This document shows, piece by piece, positions 20,458 to 29,240 of a stretch of 64,000 bases of DNA. A program made the position numbers and the translations under genes. Positions within the stretch are counted from its first letter, which is position 1, and each line of letters opens with the position of its first letter. The stretch spans positions 320,376 to 384,375 of the forward strand of contig JBBDXT010000004.1 of assembly GCA_040902225.1 (NCBI GenBank), read 5' to 3'. This stretch comes from Chloroflexota bacterium. GTDB taxonomy: Bacteria > Chloroflexota > Limnocylindria > QHBO01. The notes below the pieces were generated by a model. That model did no database searches, was not told the DNA's origin, and saw only the letters and a list, made by a program, of their open reading frames with translations.

Positions 20458-20721
20458 ATGCCGCAGAACGTGGATCTCATTGGATGGGTCGTCATCGGGT
20501 TCCTCGCCGGTGCCGTTGCCGGCTGGTTCGTCCCGGACCGAGGTCGGATGGGCTGCCTCGGGACCACCCTGCTCGGGATCGTCGGCGCGCTCATTGGTGG
20601 CTGGTTCTGGACGCAGGTCTTGAACCAGAGCCGAGCCGGTGGGTTCCTCGGCGCCCTCCTGATCGCGATCCTGGGCTCGGCGTTGGTCCTCATCTTGGTT
20701 CGGGGGTTGAGCCGCCGCTAG
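20458..20721 (+). CDS. GlsB/YeaQ/YmgE family transglycosylase-associated (stress) membrane protein
   Basis: The start is an internal ATG (MPQNVDLIGWVVIGFLAGAVAGWF...) giving an 87-aa product. Two TM helices with the GxxxG-rich pattern typical of this family are present. Confidence 0.75.
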   Translation: MPQNVDLIGWVVIGFLAGAVAGWFVPDRGRMGCLGTTLLGIVGALIGGWFWTQVLNQSRAGGFLGALLIAILGSALVLILVRGLSRR

Positions 20722-20786
20722 GTTTGACGCTCGTCTCGAGCGCGTGGGAGAATCCGGCCCGCCCTCGCCCCTTCCATGCGTCCCTT

Positions 20787-20863
20787 GGTGGCCTTAGCTC
20801 AACCGGCAGAGCATCGGATTGTGGATCCGAAGGTTACGGGTTCGACCCCCGTAGGCCACCCCA
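20787..20863 (+). tRNA. tRNA-His (anticodon GTG) with genomically encoded G-1 and 3' CCA
   Basis: The gene folds as a cloverleaf. The acceptor stem is GTGGCCT/AGGCCAC, the D arm GCTC..GAGC, the anticodon stem TCGGA/TCCGA with loop TTGTGGA (anticodon GTG), and the T arm ACGGG-TTCGACC-CCCGT. An extra G lies 5' of the acceptor, the discriminator is C, and CCA follows. Confidence 0.85.
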
Positions 20864-21046
20864 ATTCATCTCTTCGTGTCGAGACGGGGCGGGCACCTGG
20901 CGCGCGCCGGCGCTGACCCCGGTGGTGCTCCGCTGCACCACCCATGGTCCTAGACGCCGGGGTACCTGCGCGGCCCATAGGTCATGCCACGCCCCCGGGA
21001 CGTGTGCGCTACTGACCTTCCGTCGATGCCCCGCCACACTCCCTGC

Positions 21047-21997
21047 ATGATCACCGAGATGCCCAAACGAGCGCCACGCCGCGTCATGGCGCGTGCCATC
21101 GCCCTCTCCGGAATCGCCCTCATGGGCGCCGCGTTGTTTGCCTGGACCCCACAGCCCACCACCGGCTGGGACCAGTCTTCCGCCGAGGCGACGCTGTGGC
21201 AGCTGCTCAACGGCGCGCGCACGAACAACGGTCTGCCCCCGCTCATCAAGCACTCCACGCTCGTCAGCCTGGCGCGCTGGCGCAGCAAGGACATGGTCGA
21301 TAGGGATTACTTCAGCCACACCATCAAGGGCACCAGCTATCAGGTCTATCACTGGTACGACACGAATGGCCTGAGCTGGTCCTCGGGCGGCGAGAACATC
21401 GGCTACAACAACGGCTTCTCGGATGCCAACTCACCGATCAAGATCCACGAAGGGTTCATGGCCTCCTCGGGTCACCGCGCCAACATCCTGAACTCGACCT
21501 GGAGCCATGGGGGCGTGGGCGCCTACGGCAAGGACGGCGCGATGTGGGGCGGCAAGGTTCGCAACATCCGCATGTACACCGAGCTCTTCGTCAAGCTCAA
21601 GTCGGCACCGGCTCCGACGCCGGCACCGACCCCCAAGCCGCCAGCTCCGACGCCCGCACCGACACCGAAGCCGGTCGTGGCGACCCCCAAGCCCGTCGTG
21701 GCGACCCCCAAGCCCATCGTGGCGACGCCCAAGCCGGTCCCGTTCAGCACACCGCGCCAGGTGCCGGTGCAGACTGCGACGCCGACCCCAGAACCGACCC
21801 CAGAAGCGACTCCAGACCAGAAGGTGGCACGGACATTGCCGATGATGCTGGCCAGGCACGTCGCGGAGGGATGGGATCCGTCCCCGGCCTCCCATGCGAT
21901 CGTCGCCCGCAGCATGCGAGTGGAGACCGCCGCCGCCCCGGATCGCGGAATCTTCGAGACGGTGATCGGCTCACTGCTCAGCTTCTTCCTGGGCTGA
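21047..21997 (+). CDS. CAP/SCP/PR-1 domain secreted protein with proline/threonine-rich tandem repeats
   Basis: The ORF 20984..21997 has a probable start at MITEMPKR or MPKR, before the signal-like [14 protein letters not shown]. The CAP domain carries [17 protein letters not shown], a C-terminal region has [11 protein letters not shown] / VVATPKP repeats, and the tail is hydrophobic. Confidence 0.75.
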   Translation: MITEMPKRAPRRVMARAIALSGIALMGAALFAWTPQPTTGWDQSSAEATLWQLLNGARTNNGLPPLIKHSTLVSLARWRSKDMVDRDYFSHTIKGTSYQVYHWYDTNGLSWSSGGENIGYNNGFSDANSPIKIHEGFMASSGHRANILNSTWSHGGVGAYGKDGAMWGGKVRNIRMYTELFVKLKSAPAPTPAPTPKPPAPTPAPTPKPVVATPKPVVATPKPIVATPKPVPFSTPRQVPVQTATPTPEPTPEATPDQKVARTLPMMLARHVAEGWDPSPASHAIVARSMRVETAAAPDRGIFETVIGSLLSFFLG

Positions 21998-22059
21998 CGC
22001 GAGCGAGGCGCCCGGCGGGCGCCTGCACCGTCCCCAACGACCGGGCTAGACTGCGGGGG

Positions 22060-22806
22060 ATGTCGGTGATCCTCGAAGCGCACGACCTCGTCAAGCGGTA
22101 TCCGGTTGGCGACGGGTCAGTAGACGCACTTCGCGGCGTCTCCCTCTCGGTCGCCAAGGGCGAGTTCGTGGCGATCATGGGATCGTCCGGCTCCGGCAAG
22201 TCGACGATGCTTCATGTGCTCGGCGGTCTCGATCGCCCCTCCGAGGGCAGCGTCCTGATCGATGGCATCAACATCAGCCAGCTCAACGACGAGGAGGCGA
22301 CCCTCACCCGTCGCGAGAAGACAGGGTTCGTCTTCCAGTTCTTCAACCTCATCTCGCTGCTGAATGTTGCCGAGAACGTGGCACTTCCCTTCCTGATCGC
22401 CGGCGACTCGTTGGCCGCGCACCGCGATCGGGTCGATGCCCTGCTGGACCTGGTGGGGCTCTCCGACAAGGCGAAACACCGACCGGACCAGCTCTCGGCC
22501 GGCGAACAGCAGCGCGTGGCGCTGGCACGCGCACTGGCCAACGAGCCCGCGATCCTGCTTGCCGATGAGCCGACCGGCAACCTCGACTTCGTCACGGGCA
22601 CCGAGATCCTCGACCTGATCTGGGACTCCTGCGACCGCCTGGGCCAGACGATCGTGCTGGTCACCCACGAGGCGCGGGCCGCGGCCTATGCCGACCGGGT
22701 TCTGATCGTGCGCGACGGCACCATTCGTGACGAGATCGAGCTGGGCCGGCGCCGCGACCACGAGGCACGGCCGCTGATCGCCCGCCTGGCCGCGCTGGGC
22801 CTCTAG
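22060..22806 (+). CDS. ABC transporter ATP-binding protein (LolD/MacB/FtsE-like)
   Basis: An internal ATG (MSVILEAHDLVKRYPVGDG) is the likely start. Walker A GSSGSGKST, the Q-loop, LSAGEQQRVALARAL and Walker B LLADEPTGNLD are present. Confidence 0.85.
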   Translation: MSVILEAHDLVKRYPVGDGSVDALRGVSLSVAKGEFVAIMGSSGSGKSTMLHVLGGLDRPSEGSVLIDGINISQLNDEEATLTRREKTGFVFQFFNLISLLNVAENVALPFLIAGDSLAAHRDRVDALLDLVGLSDKAKHRPDQLSAGEQQRVALARALANEPAILLADEPTGNLDFVTGTEILDLIWDSCDRLGQTIVLVTHEARAAAYADRVLIVRDGTIRDEIELGRRRDHEARPLIARLAALGL

Positions 22807-22810
22807 GCCG

Positions 22811-25351
22811 ATGCGCCTGGCGACCCTCGCCTGGCGTGGCCTGACCGCGCGGCCCCTTCGAACCGCGCTGACCACCATCGGGGTGGCCCTTGGCGTCGCC
22901 CTGGTGTCGGGGACGCTCCTCGCCAACCAGGCGGCCAGCGAAGCGGTCGAGCGAGCCGCACAGGAGATCCTGGGGAAGGCCGAGCTGCGGGTCCGCGCCT
23001 TCGACCCGGGCGGGTTCGATCCGCGCACGGTGCAGCTGCTGCGCAAGATCTCCCCCGCCGTCCTCGCTGCGGCGCCCGTCGCCGAGCGGCGCCTGCTGAT
23101 AACGACGGCACCAGGGCCGGAGGAGCAGGTCTTCAACCTGCTGGTTCTCGGGGTCGATCCTGACGATGAGGCGCAGGTGCGCACGTATGACCTCGAGGCA
23201 GGAGCCTTCATCAGCACGACCCCGACTGATGCCGTCGTCAACGCCGCCTGGGCCGACGCTCACGACCTGGGCGTCGGGGACGAGCTCCGGCTCCACAGCG
23301 CCCGTGAGGGAACGCCGCATCTCCGGATCGTCGGGTTGCTGGGCGAGCTGGGCGTCGGAGCTCTCCAGCGAGGAAACGTGCTCGTCGTGAACCGGGCGAC
23401 GCTGAACGATGCCTTCGAGACGCCGGCGCCGGTGGCGTACGTCGACCTCGTCCTCTTCGAGGGCCGGGCGGAGGATGTCGAGACGGCGCTCAACCGCGAG
23501 ATGACGGAGCCGTTCATCGTCGAGACAGTGGCGGACGCGCAGCTTCAGCTCAGCCGGGCCCAGCAGGGCTTCGCCGGGATCGCCTTCCTGTTCGGCCTGG
23601 TCGCCCTGGTGGTGGGCTCGTTCCTGGTCGCCAACACCCTGGCCATGACGCTCAGCGAGCAGACCCGCGAGATCGGCCTCCTTCGGGCCGCCGGTCTGAC
23701 CGGCCGGCAGGTGATGGGTCTCTTCCTCCGTCAGGGCGCCGCGGTTGCCGTGATCGGCAGCGTGGTTGGCCTGGCGTTGGGCGTCGGGCTGGCGGCGCTG
23801 ATCATCGGCTTCCTGCGCAGCACTCGCGCGGTGCTGGTGACCGGACTGCCGATCAACCCGCTGGCGCTGCTCCTCGCCTTCGGAATGGGGATCGCCGTCA
23901 CGCTGGCGGCTTCAGCGTTCCCTGCCGCAGCCGCCACGCGCGTATCGCCAATGGATGCCCTGCGCCCCTCGCGACAGCCCGCTCGCACGCTGTGGGGCCG
24001 CCTGCGCTGGATCGTGGTCCTCGAGCTGGTGGTCGTGCTGCTGGGCGTCGCGGCCTACCCGGTCGATCGAGGCGACTTCGGGGTTCCCGGAGTCGCCCTT
24101 GCGCTCGCGATCCTCCTCGCAGGCACCGCTCTGACGGCCATCCTCCTCCAGCCGCTCAGCCGCGTGGTGGGCCGTCCTTTCGAATTGTTCTTCGGCGCCG
24201 AGGGGCTGCTCGGCCGCGCCAACCTGGGACGCGATCGAGCGCGGACCGGCCTGACCGTTGGAGCCCTGATCATCGCCCTCAGTGCCGTGGTCACGCTCGG
24301 CGTGGTCGCCAACAGTGCGGGCGCCACGGCTGATCGATGGGTGAACTCCGTCTTGCCCGGCGGGTACGCCCTGCGGTTCGGCCTGCCGGTCGACATTGAC
24401 ACGTTCCAGCCGGAGCTCGAGGCGACGACGGGGACCCTTGCGGTCACGCCGATCGCCGACTTCCCGGCCGTGGTGCTGAAGGGCGCCGAGCCGCCGCGGG
24501 AGGCATCGGTCGCCGGCATCGATCCCAGTGTCTTCTCAGCCACGGGATCGTTGATCTTCGTCAGTGGCACGCGCGAGGACGCCTTCGCTGCCCTCCGGGA
24601 TGGCGGAGCAATCCTCGTATCGGATCCGATCGCGCGGCGTGACAACCTGGGCGTCGGGTCGACCGTGCAGCTCGCCAAGCCCGGCGCCGACCCCCATTCC
24701 TTCACCGTGGCTGGGATCATCGCCTACAGCCTTCCGTCGCGGTCCGCCGAAGGAGCCCTCCTGATCAGCCTGGCCGACGCACGCGAGCTGTTTGGCGCCA
24801 ATTCAGCCGAGGTGTGGGCATTCGTGAAGCAGCCGGATGTGCCCGACGCGGCATTCCAGCAGGCGATCCAACAGCAGGCGGTCGCCTACGCGGCCGAGCT
24901 TCTTACCGCAGCCGGGCTCTCCAGCGACCTGGAGCGCTCGCTGGATCGGGTGATCGGCCTGTTCGACGTGCTGGCGCTGTTGGCGGTGGTGATCGCCGGG
25001 TTGGGGATCGTCAATACGCTGGGAGTGAGCGTGCTCGAGCGCGCGCGCGAGATCGCGATCCTGCGCTCGCACGGCATGACCACGGGGCAGGTGCAGGCCA
25101 TGGTGGTGGCGGAGGCGTCGATCATGGGCGCCATCGGCGGCATCGCGGCGGTCGTGACCGGAGTCTTGATGTCCGCTGCGGTCGTCGGAGGCACCGCCTC
25201 ACGAGACTTCGGGGCTGGGCTCGCCATCCCCTGGCTGCTGCTGATCAGCGTCGTGCTGCTGGGCACCGGGGTGGCGGCTCTGGCGGGCCTGTATCCCGCT
25301 CGCCTGGCCGCACGGATCCCGATCGTGCGCACGATCGCCCACCACGAATAG
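22811..25351 (+). CDS. FtsX-like ABC transporter permease with duplicated FtsX domains (MacB-like exporter permease)
   Basis: This 846-aa protein has two 4-TM FtsX modules, each preceded by a large extracytoplasmic domain, and sits immediately downstream of the ATPase. Confidence 0.8.
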   Translation: MRLATLAWRGLTARPLRTALTTIGVALGVALVSGTLLANQAASEAVERAAQEILGKAELRVRAFDPGGFDPRTVQLLRKISPAVLAAAPVAERRLLITTAPGPEEQVFNLLVLGVDPDDEAQVRTYDLEAGAFISTTPTDAVVNAAWADAHDLGVGDELRLHSAREGTPHLRIVGLLGELGVGALQRGNVLVVNRATLNDAFETPAPVAYVDLVLFEGRAEDVETALNREMTEPFIVETVADAQLQLSRAQQGFAGIAFLFGLVALVVGSFLVANTLAMTLSEQTREIGLLRAAGLTGRQVMGLFLRQGAAVAVIGSVVGLALGVGLAALIIGFLRSTRAVLVTGLPINPLALLLAFGMGIAVTLAASAFPAAAATRVSPMDALRPSRQPARTLWGRLRWIVVLELVVVLLGVAAYPVDRGDFGVPGVALALAILLAGTALTAILLQPLSRVVGRPFELFFGAEGLLGRANLGRDRARTGLTVGALIIALSAVVTLGVVANSAGATADRWVNSVLPGGYALRFGLPVDIDTFQPELEATTGTLAVTPIADFPAVVLKGAEPPREASVAGIDPSVFSATGSLIFVSGTREDAFAALRDGGAILVSDPIARRDNLGVGSTVQLAKPGADPHSFTVAGIIAYSLPSRSAEGALLISLADARELFGANSAEVWAFVKQPDVPDAAFQQAIQQQAVAYAAELLTAAGLSSDLERSLDRVIGLFDVLALLAVVIAGLGIVNTLGVSVLERAREIAILRSHGMTTGQVQAMVVAEASIMGAIGGIAAVVTGVLMSAAVVGGTASRDFGAGLAIPWLLLISVVLLGTGVAALAGLYPARLAARIPIVRTIAHHE

Positions 25352-25371
25352 GCGACGAGGAGGGTAGCCCG

Positions 25372-25800
25372 ATGGCTGGGCGGTTCTGGGAGGCCTCTCC
25401 GGGCAGGGTCTGGGTCGGTCGCCTCGAGACGGGGGACGACCTGGTCGAGCAGATCGAGACCGTGTGCGCCGAGTACGGCGTGCGTGCGGCCTGGGTGAGC
25501 GCCATCGGCGCCGTGAAGCGCGCAGCGTTCGCCTATTACGAGCAGAACGACCGGCGCTACCTCGAGCTGGAGAGCAGCGAGCACCACGAGATCATCGGCT
25601 TCATCGGCAACATCTCGATCCGAGATGACCAGCCGTTCCTGCATGCGCATGCGACCTTCGGGGACCGCAGCGGGGCGGCCGTCGGTGGCCATCTGCTGCG
25701 GGGATGCGAGGTCTTCGCGGCGGAGATCCAGATCCGCGAGATGACCGGTGTCGAGCTGATTCGGACGCCGGACGAGGTGAGCGGCCTGGCCCTCTGGTAG
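25372..25800 (+). CDS. PPC/DUF296 domain protein (PCC-type putative DNA-binding protein)
   Basis: An internal ATG (MAGRFWEASPGRVWVGRLETGDDLVEQIE) with a GAGGAGGG RBS is the likely start. The conserved GNISIRDDQPFLHAHATFGD region is typical of the PPC domain. Confidence 0.6.
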   Translation: MAGRFWEASPGRVWVGRLETGDDLVEQIETVCAEYGVRAAWVSAIGAVKRAAFAYYEQNDRRYLELESSEHHEIIGFIGNISIRDDQPFLHAHATFGDRSGAAVGGHLLRGCEVFAAEIQIREMTGVELIRTPDEVSGLALW

Positions 25801-25828
25801 GGCAGTCACCCGTACAATGGCGCCTCGC

Positions 25829-25869
25829 GCGCCCGTAGCTCAGCGGACAGAGCGGGTGGCTTCGGACCA
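25829..25869 (+). repeat. partial tRNA-Arg(TCG) 5' half (acceptor, D-arm and anticodon stem), the left boundary (attL-like) of the tandem island array
   Basis: The sequence GCGCCCGTAGCTCAGCGGACAGAGCGGGTGGCTTCGGACCA is identical to positions 1-41 of the intact tRNA at 37819. It is followed by island-type left-end sequence (CCGATGCGCTGTGGCA.GAGCGTG...TTTTCCGCTGTCTGG). Confidence 0.75.
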
Positions 25870-26465
25870 AGAAGGCCGATGCGCTGTGGCATGAGCGTGC
25901 GGCGGGGAGCGAACGAGGCCGGGTTTTCCGCTGTCTGGAAGCCCTTTGCCTCACCAAGCGACGCGTCAGGAATCCCCGGTACAGGAGGGGTAGCCATCAG
26001 GGCTGCGAGGAGTGAGCCAGAAACTGAACCAGCCGGCATCGGTTGCAAAAGCGCCAGAGCCGAACCCATCGAGCCGAAGCTCGGGATGCGCATCGACCCC
26101 TATCCCTATCGGGTAGGTAGGAACTCCTCGCGCGCGCATGAGCCTCAGCGTCTCGAACGCCTGGGCCAGATCGAGATAGCCGCAGCGTTCCTTGCCCACC
26201 GGCCGGATTGGTCGCGGGGATCGCGTCATGCACCGATCGCCGGGCGTGGACGCGGCGAGCTCTCGATACTTCGCTGGACGCCGGGGCGGTGACCGTCGCA
26301 GCGCGGTTGACACTGGTCCGGTAGCCATTCGTCGCCCGCAGGATCGGGTCAGTGCGATCCGGAGCAGTTGCGAATGGCGCGTATACTTCGCCCGACGTTC
26401 GTCCATCCGGCGTCCATCCGGCGGCTGACTACAACCAACGGTCGAGCAGAGAGAGATATACCGCG

Positions 26466-27287
26466 ATGATCAAGGCTTCCCGTCGACGGTGGCTCGCCAT
26501 GGGTCTGGTCCTGGCGTTGATTGCCGCCTTCCCTAACGCAGCGGTCGCCAGCCATTCCTGGGGCAGCTACCACTGGGCCCGGACCACCGCCACGTTCACG
26601 CTGCTGGTGGGCGATAACGTCTCGAATACTTGGGACCCGTACCTCGATGGGGCCATCGCCGACTGGACTGCCGCGCCGAGTGACCCGACGGTCGCCGACC
26701 TGCTCGACCTGGCAGAAACTGCTGGCGGGACCAACCCCCGGAACTGCCGGCCGACGGCAGGACGGATCGAGGCCTGCAGCGCCAAGTACGGCTACACCGG
26801 CTGGCTCGGCCTGGCACAGATCTGGGTCAGCGGCAGCCACATCACGCGGGCCATCACCAAGGTCAACGACACCTACTTCAACACCGCGACCTACAACACC
26901 CCGGCCTGGCGTCGCCTGGTGATGTGCCAGGAGATCGCGCACGACTTCGGGCTCACCCACCAGGACGAGGTCTTCAACAACCGGAACCTGGGGTCGTGCA
27001 TGGACTACACCAACGATCCCGATGGCGGCCCCGGCGGTTTCGTGAACGACGATCCGTCCAACGAGCACCCCAACACGCACGACTTCGAGCAGATCCAAAC
27101 GATCTACGGGGGCCACACCGACAGCACCTCGACAGTCGGGCAGGTTACGGCGGCTGGAGCGCCGGGGAACGCTCCCGCCTCGTGGGGCCAACTCGTCCGC
27201 GGCTCGCGCGCGGCAGGCGTCAGCCTATATGTGCTGGATCTCGGGAACGGCCAGCGGGTCTACACCCACGTCATCTGGGCGCGCTGA
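26466..27287 (+). CDS. secreted metzincin-like protein with a variant zinc motif QEIAHDFGLTH and a Met-turn-like SCMDY
   Basis: The ORF 26352..27287 has an internal ATG start (MIKASRRRWLAMGLVLALIAAFPNAAVA) with a signal peptide. The motif matches HExxHxxGxxH except Gln replaces the first His, and a downstream CMDY resembles a Met-turn. Confidence 0.5.
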   Translation: MIKASRRRWLAMGLVLALIAAFPNAAVASHSWGSYHWARTTATFTLLVGDNVSNTWDPYLDGAIADWTAAPSDPTVADLLDLAETAGGTNPRNCRPTAGRIEACSAKYGYTGWLGLAQIWVSGSHITRAITKVNDTYFNTATYNTPAWRRLVMCQEIAHDFGLTHQDEVFNNRNLGSCMDYTNDPDGGPGGFVNDDPSNEHPNTHDFEQIQTIYGGHTDSTSTVGQVTAAGAPGNAPASWGQLVRGSRAAGVSLYVLDLGNGQRVYTHVIWAR

Positions 27288-27463
27288 GCAGTCCGCACCA
27301 TCACCTAAATCAGGACCCATCTTGGCCATAACGTCGCCGAAGAGCTCACGCAGCCGCTCCACCGTGCGACACTGCATCGGCGAGCGCACGCCGGCCGGCG
27401 GCGGCACATGTTTCGCGTTCGTTTTTAAGAGTTGCCCGATGAAGCCCTCGGACGAGGTGACGG

Positions 27464-27754
27464 TCACCGGCACCACGATCTGCCGCCTCTGAGCTGACCC
27501 CTCGGGCACACTCGCCAAATTCCTCCCGCCTCGACCAAACGGGCCTGTTCGAGGGCGCGCACGCTGGTCCCGCGCAGTGGTCCCGGCAGGCGCCGGATGC
27601 GGCCCTGATCCCATACCCCTCCGGTCGGCCACCAGCCGACGTGGTAGGCGAATACCCGTCCCTCTGGCGATTCCTCAATCGTGCCGAACTCCGTTCGACA
27701 TGTCTCGTGGCCATCGCACAGCACGCGGGTCCGGCCCTTGTCGAGACGCGGCAT
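27464..27754 (-). CDS. hypothetical 96-aa protein translationally coupled to the integrase 3' end
   Basis: The start overlaps the integrase stop (TGATG). The protein MPRLDKGRTRVLCDGHETCRTEFGTIEESPEGRVFAYHVGWWPTGG has no recognisable family. The coding call rests on its position and the coupling. Confidence 0.3.
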   Translation of the reverse strand: MPRLDKGRTRVLCDGHETCRTEFGTIEESPEGRVFAYHVGWWPTGGVWDQGRIRRLPGPLRGTSVRALEQARLVEAGGIWRVCPRGQLRGGRSWCR

Positions 27755-28690
27755 CAGCGCAGGCTCAGCCGTCGAGCGGCGTCGAGTGCGCGACCGCTGG
27801 CCGCCGACCGCGCGTAGCGAGACAACATCTCGCGGCTGCGCCAGCCGGCCAGCACCATGAGGTCACCTTCCTGCCCGCCGCCGCCAACCAGGCGTGGGCG
27901 TAGGAGTGCCGGAACTGGTGAGCGTGCAGGCCGGGGATGCCCGCCAGCCGCCCACGGCGGCGCAGGAGCTGGGCGATCCGCGAATCGGTCATGCGCCCCT
28001 TCTCGCCGAGCCACAGCCACGGCAGGGCGGCCTTGGAGTGCTGGCGCCGCGCGCGCCGGATGTAGCGATCGACCGCCTTGACGGCTTCGGCATTGAGGAA
28101 GCTGATCCGCTCGCGCCGGCCCTTGCCCTCACGGATACGCACCACGCCACGATCCAGATCAACATCGTTGGTATCCGGATCGTCGGGCGTCCAGCGCAGG
28201 TTGGCAATCTCCGACAGACGGGTGCCGGTCGAGAGGAAGGTGCGGACGATGGCGGTGTCGCGGAGATCCTCAGAGCGTGGGCCGCGGCAGGCGGCCAGGA
28301 TGCGGTCCTGCTCCTCGTCGGTCAGGACCGGCGGGGCGTGCTCGGGCAGCTTTGGCTTGCGCATCCGCGCCATGGGTGACTCGCGGATCTCGCCCTCCTC
28401 GACCAACCAGGCGAAGAACGGGCGGATGCCCGAGTAGCGGTTGGCAGCGGTGGCCGGCCGCCAGCGGGCGAGCTGATCCTCGATGAACGCTTCGAGGTGC
28501 TCCCTGCGGATGCTGGCCACGTCGGTCGGCATGCCCTGGCCTTCGAGGAAGGCGGACAGCCGATCGAGGGATGCCAGGTAGGTGCGTTGGGTGGCAGGGG
28601 AGAGGTTCGCCGCACGGAGGTTGCGGGCGAAGCTGGTCACGTTGGCGGCCAGGTCGCCACGGGTTACGATAGCGGCGGTGGGAGTGGCCG
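27754..28690 (-). pseudogene. tyrosine recombinase/phage integrase, disrupted by a C-terminal frameshift with the ancestral ATG replaced by ACG
   Basis: The N-terminal SAM-like core-binding region (TRGDLAANVTSFARNL...TQRTYLASLDRLSAFL) and the catalytic box LHAHQFRHSYAHAWLAAAG are in one frame. The C-terminal GDLMVLAGWRSREMLSRYARS, with the catalytic Tyr, is in another frame (ORF 27754..28020). The shift occurs at a GC run near 27871-27885. The homologous remnant at 34371 starts ATG CGG CCG where this copy has ACG CAG CCG. Confidence 0.7.
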
Positions 28691-28805
28691 GCTGCGTGGC
28701 TTGGAGCTCCGCTGGCGGGATTCCGAAGATCGGCGCCAGATGCGCTGTCCGAGCGCTGTGGTCAAGGCCATTTCCACTTTTCCGCTCTGTTTGAGCGTGA
28801 AACGC

Positions 28806-28843
28806 GCGCCCGTAGCTCAGCGGACAGAGCGGGTGGCTTCGGA
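28806..28843 (+). repeat. partial tRNA-Arg 5' half copy (junction of elements A and B)
   Basis: GCGCCCGTAGCTCAGCGGACAGAGCGGGTGGCTTCGGA matches tRNA positions 1-38. The homologous roughly 170-bp element-end sequence precedes it and the element left-end motif follows it. Confidence 0.75.
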
Positions 28844-29240
28844 GCAGCAACCCCGATGCGCTGTGGCAAGAGCGTGGCTTGTCGGGCGAAAGAACTCGAG
28901 TTTTCCGCTGTCTGGGACGCTTCGTCGCTTGGTCGCCAGCGGGCTTGTGTGTCGGCAGCGGTCTACTAGGGCAACGCGAAAGGACCCGCGGCGAGAACCT
29001 GCGCCCGAATTGCGTTGAGCGCGGGCAGGTTCTCACGAACCGACGCTATGAAATCTGGTGGCTGGGTCGCGGCTGAGGCGACGGTTGGGCTGACACCTGA
29101 TGGCCCTAGTACGTCACGCCGATAGGACATTGGCTGGCCACCGCGGCCGGACAGAGAGAGCTGGACGCCACGCTGTACCTGTCGATTCACCGGCTCGGGC
29201 CGCTTCGAAGCGCAAGACCCCTACAAGAGCACTTGGCTGA

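Larger units (their letters stand above)
25870..28843. mobile_element. decayed integrative element A (metzincin-like secreted protein, small coupled ORF, frameshifted tyrosine integrase; ends with its own tRNA 5'-half copy)
   Basis: The element is bounded by tRNA 5'-half copies at 25829 and 28806. Its right end carries the roughly 170-bp conserved element-end repeat (28650-28805), and its left end carries the conserved left-end motif. Confidence 0.65.

Noticed and set aside
22117-23241. 374-aa minus-strand ORF across the ABC ATPase / FtsX permease junction, and 24886..25809 (307 aa)
   Set aside because: These are antisense to well-supported transporter genes. Their translations are Arg/Ala-rich without motifs.
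25879-26406. ORFs 25879..26292 (+) and 25966..26406 (-) at the left end of element A
   Set aside because: They are mutually overlapping, Arg-rich and have no recognisable domain. The region is more likely non-coding element-end or regulatory sequence upstream of the metzincin-like gene, and it contains the short direct repeat GTCCATCCGGC x2.
27225-27632. 135-aa minus ORF and 87-aa plus ORF (27229..27492) between the metzincin-like gene and the small coupled ORF
   Set aside because: They overlap each other and the 3' end of the metzincin-like gene with no RBS or motif support. This is most likely a convergent intergenic or terminator region.
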